Positions 46,980 to 56,302 of a stretch of DNA of 64,000 nucleotides are shown here, in pieces. Source of the DNA: an uncultured delta proteobacterium. Its GTDB lineage: Bacteria > Desulfobacterota > Binatia > UBA9968. Position numbers and translations under genes: made by a program. Where the stretch lies: positions 256,001 through 320,000 of the forward strand of contig CAWFJP010000014.1 of assembly GCA_963816145.1 (NCBI GenBank), read 5' to 3'. The notes beneath the pieces were generated by a model. That model was not told where the DNA came from. It saw only the letters and a program-made list of their open reading frames with translations, and made no database searches. Within the stretch, counting starts at the first letter, position 1; every line of letters starts with the position of its first letter.

Positions 46980-47243
46980 TTAATCGATTACGTTTTTCTC
47001 GATCGGCTCGACGCTAACGCCCTTTCCTTTGAGCCAACTGATAGCCTTTGCCACCTCGATCTCTTTGCCATCTATATCCAACGCCAATAGCGCCAGCTCC
47101 GCGGTGACGGTGGAGCTGCGAATATTGAAGATCACGTCGAATTGCTTCGATAACAGGCTCAAGACCGGTTCTTTAATCAAGCCTTTAGGGAAGGTGAGAT
47201 AGACGCGCTCGCGTACAGAATCGGGTTTTACTTTTGTTGCCAT
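46980..47243 (-). CDS. NIL domain protein
   Basis: LTFP..EPV..FDVIFNI..GVSVEPIE. Confidence 0.85.
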   Translation of the reverse strand: MATKVKPDSVRERVYLTFPKGLIKEPVLSLLSKQFDVIFNIRSSTVTAELALLALDIDGKEIEVAKAISWLKGKGVSVEPIEKNVID

Positions 47244-47247
47244 GGCG

Positions 47248-48249
47248 TCAAATCGAAAATTTAAGATTGCCGACCGCGGCGCGGTCGCGCCAGCCGACCC
47301 ATAAGTTAGTTGTGAGATATTTATCGCCAAAGTCAGGGAAAAGCGTAACCACCGTTCCCGAGCGCAGTTTGCGCGCGACTTGTAGCGCGGCGAACAGCGC
47401 GGCACCCGAAGATTGGCCCACCAGCACACCTTCATCCTGACTCAAGCGGTAAACCATCGCATAGGCATCCTCCGTCGACACCGGAATCTTGGAGTCGAGC
47501 TCTTCCTCGTGATAAATGCCCGGCACGATGGAGCTCGCCATATGTTTCAGCCCTTCGAGACCGTGCAGCGCGTCGTCCGGTTCGACGGCGATCACCTGGA
47601 TCGATCGATTGACTTCTTTCAGATAGCGGCCGGTGCCCATGATCGTACCGCCGGTGCCAATGCCGGCGACGAAATGGGTAATGGCTTGATCGGTTTGGCG
47701 GTAAATCTCCGGCCCGGTATTTTCATAGTGGGCCTGCGGGTTCATCGGGTTGAAGTATTGATCGGGTTTAAAATATTTCTCCGGATCGGCGTCGAGGAGT
47801 TTTCTGCATAGACGGATGGCGCCGTCGGATCCTTCCATCGGATCGCTAAAAATCATTTTGGCGCCATAGGCGTTGATAATTTGCTTGCGTTCGACGCTTA
47901 CGTTGGCGGGGATCACCAGCTCGACTGGATAGCCGAGGACAGCACCGATCATCGCCAAGGCGATGCCGGTATTGCCTGAAGTCGAGTCGAGAATAGTTTT
48001 CCCGGGCCTTAACTTCTGGGTCCGCAGTCCTTCTTGAATCATGCGCCATGCCGGACGGTCTTTTACTGACCCGCCTGGATTGCAGCCTTCCAACTTAGCG
48101 AACACTTTGACGCCTTTCGGAAGGCCTTCGCCGAGCCTGCGAATTTCCAAGAGCGGCGTGTTGCCGATCAGATCAAGGATCGACTCGACCTTGCTCGGCC
48201 CTTCGGGGCTGGCTGGAACCAGGCGCAAATTGGGAGAAGTTTGGACCAT
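47248..48249 (-). CDS. cysM: Cysteine synthase B / CysM-type PLP enzyme
   Basis: [28 protein letters not shown]. Confidence 0.88.
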   Translation of the reverse strand: MVQTSPNLRLVPASPEGPSKVESILDLIGNTPLLEIRRLGEGLPKGVKVFAKLEGCNPGGSVKDRPAWRMIQEGLRTQKLRPGKTILDSTSGNTGIALAMIGAVLGYPVELVIPANVSVERKQIINAYGAKMIFSDPMEGSDGAIRLCRKLLDADPEKYFKPDQYFNPMNPQAHYENTGPEIYRQTDQAITHFVAGIGTGGTIMGTGRYLKEVNRSIQVIAVEPDDALHGLEGLKHMASSIVPGIYHEEELDSKIPVSTEDAYAMVYRLSQDEGVLVGQSSGAALFAALQVARKLRSGTVVTLFPDFGDKYLTTNLWVGWRDRAAVGNLKFSI

Positions 48250-48271
48250 CTTCGCTGCCAAATTCGCTCGC

Positions 48272-48550
48272 CTAGTGTCCGCCGGCGATGGCGGGCACGA
48301 TCGAAATGTTGTCGCCTTCCTTGAGCGCGGTGTCGAGATTCTGCAAAAAGCGAATATCATCGCCGTTCACATAAACGTTGACAAAGCGGCGCACTTTGCC
48401 GGTTTCATCGCAGATGCGTTCTTTGATGCCGGGATAATTTTTTTCCAAATCATCGACGAGTGACTTGACGTTGCTCCCTTGAGCATTCACTTCGTCGGAC
48501 CCCTGGGTATACTTACGGAGCGGAGTGGGGACACGAACTCGCACGGACAT
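48272..48550 (-). CDS. MoaD/ThiS/CysO-family sulfur carrier (ends GGH)
   Basis: VPTPLR, FVNVYVNGDDIR, PAIAGGH; AGGAGG RBS. Confidence 0.92.
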   Translation of the reverse strand: MSVRVRVPTPLRKYTQGSDEVNAQGSNVKSLVDDLEKNYPGIKERICDETGKVRRFVNVYVNGDDIRFLQNLDTALKEGDNISIVPAIAGGH

Positions 48551-48651
48551 AACGAACCTCCTCACAGTTCTATATGAAATTAACTTGTGGAGGCAGAATA
48601 ATCCTTCACCCAGCGCCTTGCAAGGTGATCCTTTGCGGTCGTCTCAAGCGC

Positions 48652-49914
48652 TCAGCCTCCGTTGTGGCGCTGGCCTGCGGTTCGGTCCAACACCCGCAAC
48701 AAGTCATCGAATTGCTCCAACCTGGCGGCGATCCCATGAGGTTTGCCGATACTGCCCGCCACTGCCTCTAGGCTCTTAAAGCCGTTGCCGGTGATGCTGA
48801 TGACGATCGATTCACCGCGCGGAATGCGTCCTTGTTCGATGAGCTTCTTGGTCACCGCCACTTCGGTGCCGCCGGCCGGTTCAGTGAAAATACCTTCGGT
48901 ACGGGCGAGCAGTTTGATGGCATCGACAATTTCGCCATCGCTGGCGGATTCGCCCCAGCCGCCGGTGTTGCGCACGGTATGGATCACGTCGTAGCCATCG
49001 GCCGGATCGCCGATGGCGATGGAGGTGGCGATGGTGTTGGGTTTTACCGGTGTCACTACGTCGGTGCCTTGGTGCAAGGCGTTGATGATCGGCGCGCAGC
49101 CGCTCGCTTGGGCCGAATAGATTTTGCACCGGTTGTCTTCGATCAGGCCGACTCTGGCGAGCTCATCAAAGCTTTTGGCCAGGCGCGGTAGGATCGTGCC
49201 GCCGGCTGAAGCGACGACGACATGTTGCGGCAGTTTCCAACCCAATTGCTCGGCGATCTCAAACCCCTGGGTCTTGGCGCCTTCGGCGTAGTAGGGGCGC
49301 AGGTTGACGTTGACGAACGCCCAGCGATACTTGTCGCCGATCTCGCTGCATAGCCTATTGACGTCATCGTAATTGCCCTTGACCGCTATCACATGGGGGC
49401 CGTAGATCGCTGAACCGATAATTTTCGCCGGTTCGAGGTCGTCGGGAATAAACACATAGCAACTCAATCCCGCCACCGCGGCGTGAGCGGCTACCGAGTT
49501 GGCCAAGTTACCGGTGGATGCGCAGGCCACCGTGTCGAAACCGAACTCCAGCGCCTTGGAAATCGCCACCGCGACCACCCGGTCCTTATAAGAAAATGTC
49601 GGATGATTGACCGAATCGTCTTTGATGTACAGTTCCTTTACCCCAAGGGCGGCGCCGAGACGCTGGGCGCGCACCAGCGGCGTAAAGCCGGAGTAGAGCC
49701 CGACGCGCGGTTCGCCGTCGATGGGCAGGAGTTCGCGATAGCGCCAGAGATTGTGCGGCCGCGCGGTGATTTTTTCGCGGCTGATGGAGTTTTTGATGCT
49801 GTCGTAATCGTATCGAATGTCGAGGGGGCCGAAACAGTTGTCGCACACATGGGTTGGCTGGTTGGCGTACTGTTTTTTGCACTCGCGGCACTCAAGGCCT
49901 TGCACGTAACTCAT
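48652..49914 (-). CDS. thrC: Threonine synthase
   Basis: CREC..CDNCFGPL, LWRY, PTFSYKDR, ASTGN, ITGNGFK. Confidence 0.9.
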   Translation of the reverse strand: MSYVQGLECRECKKQYANQPTHVCDNCFGPLDIRYDYDSIKNSISREKITARPHNLWRYRELLPIDGEPRVGLYSGFTPLVRAQRLGAALGVKELYIKDDSVNHPTFSYKDRVVAVAISKALEFGFDTVACASTGNLANSVAAHAAVAGLSCYVFIPDDLEPAKIIGSAIYGPHVIAVKGNYDDVNRLCSEIGDKYRWAFVNVNLRPYYAEGAKTQGFEIAEQLGWKLPQHVVVASAGGTILPRLAKSFDELARVGLIEDNRCKIYSAQASGCAPIINALHQGTDVVTPVKPNTIATSIAIGDPADGYDVIHTVRNTGGWGESASDGEIVDAIKLLARTEGIFTEPAGGTEVAVTKKLIEQGRIPRGESIVISITGNGFKSLEAVAGSIGKPHGIAARLEQFDDLLRVLDRTAGQRHNGG

Positions 49915-49936
49915 GTGAATGGCTCTCGCGATTGAG

Positions 49937-50724
49937 TCAGCCGAGCTGGATGAAGGATGGCGCGCCGGCGCCGCAGGCGGCGCACTGCGGATCGCGTCTG
50001 ACTTCGACCTCGCGGAAACGCAGGTTCTTGGCGTCATAGACCAACAAGCGATCGGTGAGCAAGCCCGTCTGTCAAATCCTGCCAAGTATTTCACCGCTTC
50101 GGTGGCCTGAATCGTGCCGATGGTGCCGGCCACGGCGCCGAGGATGCCGGAGGCTTGGCAGTTCAAGATTTCCTCAGGCGGCGGCGGAGTTTTAAACAGG
50201 CAGCGGTAACAAGCGCTTCTGCCCGGCACCACGGTCATTACTTGGCCTTGCAAACGCACGATGCCAGCGTGGGAGAATGGGATACCGAGCTTGATCGCGA
50301 CGTCGTTGACGAGAAATTTTGTCTCGAAGTTGTCGCTGCCGTCGACGATGAAGTCGAAGCCCGCGGCGATCTGTTCCGCATTGCTCGCATCGAAGCGCAC
50401 GGGATGGGTTTTGACTTCGACATCGGGATTAAGTTTCGTCAGCGTCGCTTTGGCCGACTCGACTTTCGGTCGGCCGATATCCGCGGTGGCGTGGAGGATC
50501 TGGCGCTGGAGATTCGACAGCTCCACTTTGTCCGCGTCGACGATGCCCAGCGTACCGATGCCGGCGGCGGCTAAATAAAGCGCTGCCGGCGAGCCCAACC
50601 CACCGGCACCGATGACCAGTACGCGTGATCGGCATAGTCGCATTTGCGCCTTGCCACCGAGGTCCGGGACCATGATCTGGCGGCTGTAGCGTTCGATTTG
50701 CTCGGTAGTCAGTCGGTCGAACAT
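49937..50724 (-). CDS. moeB: MoeB/ThiF adenylyltransferase (one frameshift near 50070)
   Basis: RYSRQ, GAGGLG, SNLQRQ, CYRC; conserved tail GLLTDRLLVYD..RRDPQCAACG lies in a shifted frame. Confidence 0.85.
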
Positions 50725-50854
50725 AGCTCTCCGCGTACTCGGTCAGAGATTTCTTGTGGTGCACTCGGATTGCGAAGTTGCTTGGCAAGCTAACTTACCC
50801 GCGGCGGCGAAGTCAACCAGGGATCGCCGTCGCGCGCGCCAAAGCTTCAGCCGG

Positions 50855-52066
50855 TCAGCTCTTCCGGCTGCAAGCGAAAACCATCACGGCTTCAAGCCGT
50901 CGCGTAGTCGCTGGATATGATCGGCGCCGGTGGTTTCGAGCACAAGTTCCACTTCGGTCTCGCCGATGGCGACGCGGCCGAATCCTCTGCTCTGGCCGAT
51001 CTGTAAAATATTCGCGCCCTGTGTCGGCGATGCATTGGGTGAGCCGGGCGAGATTACCAGGGCGGTCCGTGACGATCACGTTCAAGCGGCACTGGCGCCC
51101 GTCCTGGATCATGCCTTTCTCAATGATGCGCGCGATCAAGTTCATATCGATATTGCCGCCGGAAACGATCAGGCCAATGTTCTTGCCGGTGAACATGACT
51201 TTCTGATTCATCAGCGCCGCCAACGGCACCGCGGCGGCGCCTTCGGCGACGGTCTTTTCGATTTCCAAGAGCAGCAGCACCGCATTGGCGATCTCGCCTT
51301 CGCTGACAGTGACGATCTCATCGACGAACTCTTTGACCAGGGCGAACGGCGTGTCGCCGACGCAGCGTACAGCGATGCCGTCGGCGATGGTCGTCGCCGG
51401 CGGCAGCCGAACCGGCGCGCCATCGGCCAAAGCGCTTTTCATCGACGGCACGGCTTCTGACTGGACGCCGATGATTTTGATTGTGGGATTCAATGTCTTC
51501 AAAACCAGGGCGATGCCGGCGATCAGGCCGCCGCCGCCCACCGGAACAATGACGGCATCGAGATCCGGGTTCTGTTCGTGCAACTCGAGACCGATGGTAC
51601 CCTGGCCGGCGACGATCCATGGATCGTTGTATGCCGAGACGAAGGTAAGGCTTCTTTCCTGGCTCTGCCGCAGGGCCTCGGTGAGCGCGCTGTCGTAGTC
51701 ATCGCCGCACAGGACGGTCTGCGCGCCGTATTGGCGTACCCGCGAGACTTTGATCAGCGGCGCAAACACCGGCATGACGATGGTTGCGGCGATATCGAGC
51801 CGATGGCTGTGAAACGCCAGCGCCATGCCGTGATTGCCGGCGCTGGCGGCGATCACGCCGCGATTACGTTCTTCAGCAGACAAGGTGAGCAGGCGGTTGA
51901 GGGCCCCGCGCTCTTTGAAGGAACCGGTCATTTGCAAATTTTCCAGCTTAAAAAAGACCCGGTTGCCGGTCATCCGGCTGATGGTTTCCGAATAGGGCAG
52001 CGGCGAGAGATAAATTTGCTCTTTGATGCGCTCGCGCGCTTCTTCGACATCGACGAATGTGACCAT
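50855..52066 (-). CDS. ilvA: Threonine ammonia-lyase with ACT domain (frameshifts in 3' end)
   Basis: ENLQMTGSFKERG, SAGNH, GQGT, SGGN, DRPG; ACT continuation GANILQI..ETEVELVLET in shifted frame after ~51017. Confidence 0.88.
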   Translation of the reverse strand: MVTFVDVEEARERIKEQIYLSPLPYSETISRMTGNRVFFKLENLQMTGSFKERGALNRLLTLSAEERNRGVIAASAGNHGMALAFHSHRLDIAATIVMPVFAPLIKVSRVRQYGAQTVLCGDDYDSALTEALRQSQERSLTFVSAYNDPWIVAGQGTIGLELHEQNPDLDAVIVPVGGGGLIAGIALVLKTLNPTIKIIGVQSEAVPSMKSALADGAPVRLPPATTIADGIAVRCVGDTPFALVKEFVDEIVTVSEGEIANAVLLLLEIEKTVAEGAAAVPLAALMNQKVMFTGKNIGLIVSGGNIDMNLIARIIEKGMIQDGRQCRLNVIVTDRPGNLARLTQCIADTGREYFTDRPEQRIRPRRHRRDRSGTCARNHRRRSYPATTRRLEAVMVFACSRKS

Positions 52067-52168
52067 GTTGGCGTAACGTTAGAATGAAAAGACTGGCGCA
52101 TGCAAGGTCGATAAGGTAGAAGAGTAGAGGCAAAATTCATAATCACAAAGGTAAAATCGAACAGCTCC

Positions 52169-53299
52169 ATGGCCCAATCTGAAGTAGATACCAGCCCCGC
52201 CGATATCGCCCGTTACGGTCAAAATTATTTGATCGAGATGGATGGCATCGAGCTCTATCGCGCTCTTGCCGCGGCGGAGAAAGATGAGAAGCGCGCCGAG
52301 ATTTTTCGCAAAATCGTGCGCGCTGAGGAACGCCACGCGCAACGCTGGATCCGTTTGATTCAAGCCGGCGGCGGCGTGCTGCCGGCCTACCGGCGCAGCC
52401 TGCGTGTGCGGATGCTCGGATGGTTGGCGCGCCGTTTTGGCACGGACCGCGTGGTGCCGATCGTCAGCGCCCTCGAAGCGCGGGATGAACCGGGCTATTT
52501 GAATCAAAGCGAGGCCGAAGGATTGCCAGCCGAGGAACGCGCGCATAGCCGGGTACTCCGGGAGATGGGCGAAGGCCCGGATTCTAAGGGCGATATCGTC
52601 GGCCGCGAAGCATGGCATATGGCGTCGCGCGGCGGCAGTCTGCGCGCTGCGGTCTTCGGCATCAATGACGGACTGGTATCCAATTTCAGTTTAGTGATGG
52701 GCTTTGCCGGAGCCGACGCGAAACCGGAGTATATACTGCTTGCCGGTTGTGCCGGATTGTTGGCGGGATCTTTTTCCATGGCCGCCGGTGAGTATGTTTC
52801 GGTGCGGGCGCAGCGCGAGTTGTTCGAGCAGCAGATCGCCATGGAAAAACAAGAGCTGGAAATGTCGCCTAAAGAAGAGGAAGAGGAGCTGGCGCTGATT
52901 TACCAAGCCAAAGGTATTCCCGAATCAGATGCACGCATGATGGCGCGCCGTATCGTCGAAAATCCGCGCACCGCCATCGATACCCTGGCGCGCGAAGAGC
53001 TGGGGCTCGATCCGTCGCAATTGGGTTCCCCTTGGGTGGCCGCAGGCAGTTCTTTCGGCGCGTTTATTGTGGGTGCGATCATGCCGGTGATTCCCTACAT
53101 CATCACTCGCGGCAACTCCGCGTTCTTGGCGAGCGCGATGTTAAGCTGTTTGGCGCTGTTCGGGGTCGGCGCACTATTGTCGATTTTTTCCGCGCGCGGC
53201 GCACTGTTTAGCGGCGCCCGAATGCTCGCTATCGGTTTGGCGGCCTCGGCCGTGACCTATCTTGTCGGCTGGTTGCTCGGCGTCTCAGTGGCCGGTTAG
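52169..53299 (+). CDS. VIT1/CCC1 transporter with N-terminal ferritin/rubrerythrin-like domain
   Basis: EERHA and EERAHS di-iron-like motifs; FGINDGL, SMAAGEY, REELG. Confidence 0.88.
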   Translation: MAQSEVDTSPADIARYGQNYLIEMDGIELYRALAAAEKDEKRAEIFRKIVRAEERHAQRWIRLIQAGGGVLPAYRRSLRVRMLGWLARRFGTDRVVPIVSALEARDEPGYLNQSEAEGLPAEERAHSRVLREMGEGPDSKGDIVGREAWHMASRGGSLRAAVFGINDGLVSNFSLVMGFAGADAKPEYILLAGCAGLLAGSFSMAAGEYVSVRAQRELFEQQIAMEKQELEMSPKEEEEELALIYQAKGIPESDARMMARRIVENPRTAIDTLAREELGLDPSQLGSPWVAAGSSFGAFIVGAIMPVIPYIITRGNSAFLASAMLSCLALFGVGALLSIFSARGALFSGARMLAIGLAASAVTYLVGWLLGVSVAG

Positions 53300-53318
53300 T
53301 TGCGCAGATGGCTCCATC

Positions 53319-54748
53319 CTATTCGTGGTTCTTCCCTTCGATTAGCGCTTTCAGTTTTTTGCCGAAATCAGCGTTGTCGTAATAGCCCTTGAAACGCTCG
53401 GCGCCGACTCCAAGCGCCCCGACCAACACTGGATGATTCGAATGGGCGGTGTTCTGCCAATAGATCTGTGTGTTGTTCGCGACCATCATGCCCAAGGCGT
53501 TGGCGACCGGCTCGGCAAAAATCGTCCGCGATAGAAATTGACTGTTAACGATCTTCTCTCTAAATTCCGGCGCCAGAGAAAATCCGGGAAAGTGTTCGGC
53601 CATGAGTTTGTCGACGGCGGTGCTGTTAGGGTTGGGGCCGAGCTGTTTGGCGGCCTTTTGTAAGGAGATATTTATCCCGCGAAGTTTTTTGAAGTCACTG
53701 TGACTCTCCTGCGACTTGGTTATTGCCTTTGCTACTCGACAAATCTTTTAACGCCAGAGTCATGCCGAGCCCGCCCGATTCATGGTCGGAGGCGACAATG
53801 ATCAGTGTCTCCTTCGGGTATTTGCGATAAAATTCATAGGCCAAGCCCACCGCTCGGTCGAACTCGCGGTAGTCGTGAATCACCGAGGCGATGTCGTTGG
53901 CATGGGAGGCGCGATCGATATTTTCCGACTCGATAAAGGCGAAAAAGCCGCGCGGCCCTTGCAGCAGGCGAATCGTCGCCTGCGTCAAATCGTACACCGA
54001 AGGTTCGGTTTGCTTGTCGCGATCGATCTCAAAGCTCATTTCCAAAAGATCGAATAGCCCCAATACCTTGCCGCTGCTGACGCGTTGGAGCTGGGCCAAG
54101 TTGGTTACTGACTGATAGCCGAGCTTGGTAAATTCGGTGACGAGATCGCTTGTCGTCGGTACGTTGGCTGCCGGGTTGTCCCTTCGGCAGAAATTGATCG
54201 AGTCCGCCGCCGAGTAGAATGTCCGGCGCCATTTCCAGATAGCGCCGCAAGATCGGCGGATAGTCTTTGCGGTTCGGCACATGACAGACAAACGCCGCCG
54301 GACTGGCGTCGTAGATCGTCGAATTCGTGGCCAGCCCCAGCTTCATGCCGCGCTGGCGCGCGATCTCCATGGCGCTGACAGCGACCGTGTCGTCGGCGCA
54401 GACTCCCAGGGCGCCGATCTTGGCTTTGCAGCCACTCGCCATGGCGGTGGCGGCGGCCGCTGAATCGGTGGACAGCGAATTGGCGGCGTGGGTGGTCATT
54501 ACGCCGACGCTGCCTTCCTTCATGATCTTGTCGACGATGACCATGCCTTCGTTGTGGATGTATTGGCGATATTGGCGCGCGATCTCTAGATGGGTCGCAC
54601 CGCCGCCGTCGGCGAGAAAGAGGAAGATATTTTTGGGCGCGCCGTTGGCGACGCGGCTAGTCTGACTTAGTGAAAGTGAAGGAAGAAGGGCGCCGATTAC
54701 GATGATGGCTTGTAGACATAAGAGTAGCTTTCTCACGAAGTCTCCCAA
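53319..54748 (-). CDS. Alkaline phosphatase (split over three ORFs by frameshifts near 54150 and 53700)
   Basis: IFLFLADG, TDSAAAATA, ASPAAF, IDRASHAND, SDHESGG, HS. Confidence 0.82.
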
Positions 54749-54757
54749 TTTTGAGTG

Positions 54758-55468
54758 CTAGGTTTGCGAGGTGCCCTGGGCCAAGATACGGCGCAGCTCA
54801 AGCCATAACGACAGAATCGTATAGTAGGCGGGAAATAATAGCGAGGCAAGCAATAGCCACAGGGGTGGGTTGGGCAGCCGGTGAATGAGGTAGAGAACCG
54901 TGGCGCCCCAAATGGCGCCGAGGATATTGGTTTGCGAACGGAAGCGCGGCGCGCGGCTGGGGTAAATAAAGCGCATCGGCACGAAGACCAGGATCGAGAG
55001 AGCGATGATCAAAAAGGCGTTGATCCAGAGCGCGGTTTGGAGCGCGTATAGATAAAAGAACACGATGTTCCAGTAGGATGGAAAGCCGAGAAAGAAATGA
55101 TCGGCGGTTTTAGCATCCCGTTGGCAGAAGCCGTAAGCGCTCGACAAGACCGGCAGCGCGGCGAGCCAGAGCGCGTCTTGCTCCGGCACAAGGCGGGTGC
55201 GCAGCATCAAAAGGGTAGGCGCGATTACATAGTTCAAGTAATCGACAAGGTTGTCGAGCAGGGCGCCGTCGAACCAGGGGATGATTGCTTTTACCCGCGC
55301 CGCCCGCGCCAGCGCGCCGTCGGTGGCGTCGATGATAACTGTGACGGCCATCAGCAAGAAGGCTAGACGAAAGTTCGCCTCGTCGATGGCGAGAATTGTG
55401 TAGAGGCCGACAACCGCGCCAAAGGCGGTATAGAAGTGGACCAGCCAGGCGAAGGTGAGATTCGCCAT
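54758..55468 (-). CDS. pcs: Phosphatidylcholine synthase-like CDP-alcohol phosphatidyltransferase
   Basis: VHFYTA.G, DATDGALAR, DGALLDNLVDY, KTADHFFLGFPSYWN. Confidence 0.82.
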   Translation of the reverse strand: MANLTFAWLVHFYTAFGAVVGLYTILAIDEANFRLAFLLMAVTVIIDATDGALARAARVKAIIPWFDGALLDNLVDYLNYVIAPTLLMLRTRLVPEQDALWLAALPVLSSAYGFCQRDAKTADHFFLGFPSYWNIVFFYLYALQTALWINAFLIIALSILVFVPMRFIYPSRAPRFRSQTNILGAIWGATVLYLIHRLPNPPLWLLLASLLFPAYYTILSLWLELRRILAQGTSQT

Positions 55469-55555
55469 GGCGATTCTAGGATTCGATGAAGGTGTTGGGT
55501 TGAAGATGGGCAGCGGCCATCTTCAAATCTCCATGGTTGAATCTCGGCTCGAGGA

Positions 55556-56170
55556 CTACTGAGCCGAGGCAGCGAAGCTGGGACGGGCTTTCAAACGGGC
55601 GATCCAGGCAACGGCGCGCTTATACTTGACCGGATCCACCGGGATCGCGAAGCGGTCGAGCAGCTCAATGTTGGCCATGAAGGCTACGTCAGCCAGACTG
55701 AACGGCCCAGCGAGATAGTCCTTGTCTTGAAGTTCTGCCTCTATGCGATCGAAGGCTTTGGTGATCTCCAACTTAGCGTTGTCGATCCGTTGCGCATCGC
55801 GCTCGGCTTCAGGTTTGCGGCTCTCTTGAATCAGGTGAACGAAGTAAGGGTTGAAATGCGCATCGCGGAAGTCTTCCATCATGCGCGCGCGCGCCCGGCC
55901 TTCCGAGTCGCTCGGCATAAGCGATGGATAGGGGTATTCGTCTTCAAGATATTCGTTTATGATAGTTGAGTCGTAAACAACGAAACCTTCGTCATCTAAT
56001 GCTGGAATTTGACCGAAAGGATGAATTTTGAGGTAATCTGGGCTCTTTTGTTCTCTTTTGGTTAGGTCGATATTGATCCGCTCGAACTCGAGTCCCTTCT
56101 CGATCAGTGCAATGCGCACCTTGCGCGAGTTAGTCGATGGCGGAAACGTGTAGAGCTTGATCATTGACAA
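55556..56170 (-). CDS. Glutathione S-transferase family protein
   Basis: HPFGQIP, DSTIINEYL, FSLADV. Confidence 0.9.
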   Translation of the reverse strand: MSMIKLYTFPPSTNSRKVRIALIEKGLEFERINIDLTKREQKSPDYLKIHPFGQIPALDDEGFVVYDSTIINEYLEDEYPYPSLMPSDSEGRARARMMEDFRDAHFNPYFVHLIQESRKPEAERDAQRIDNAKLEITKAFDRIEAELQDKDYLAGPFSLADVAFMANIELLDRFAIPVDPVKYKRAVAWIARLKARPSFAASAQ

Positions 56171-56302
56171 CTAACCTCCTTAACCTTCACAACAAGCGAT
56201 ATATTAGCACAACGTTGTAATAAGTGGAGCGTTTTTTTCATTTTCTCGGGGAAAAACGCACTTATTTCGCGGCACCCAAAGCCCAGCGGCCTTGAATCAG
56301 CG

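Noticed and set aside
48652-50724. Apparent 690-aa MoeB-ThrC fusion in the ORF track
   Set aside because: The conserved MoeB tail (RLLVYD...CAAC, stop at 49937) lies in another frame and ThrC has its own ATG at 49914; the fusion results from a single indel near 50070.
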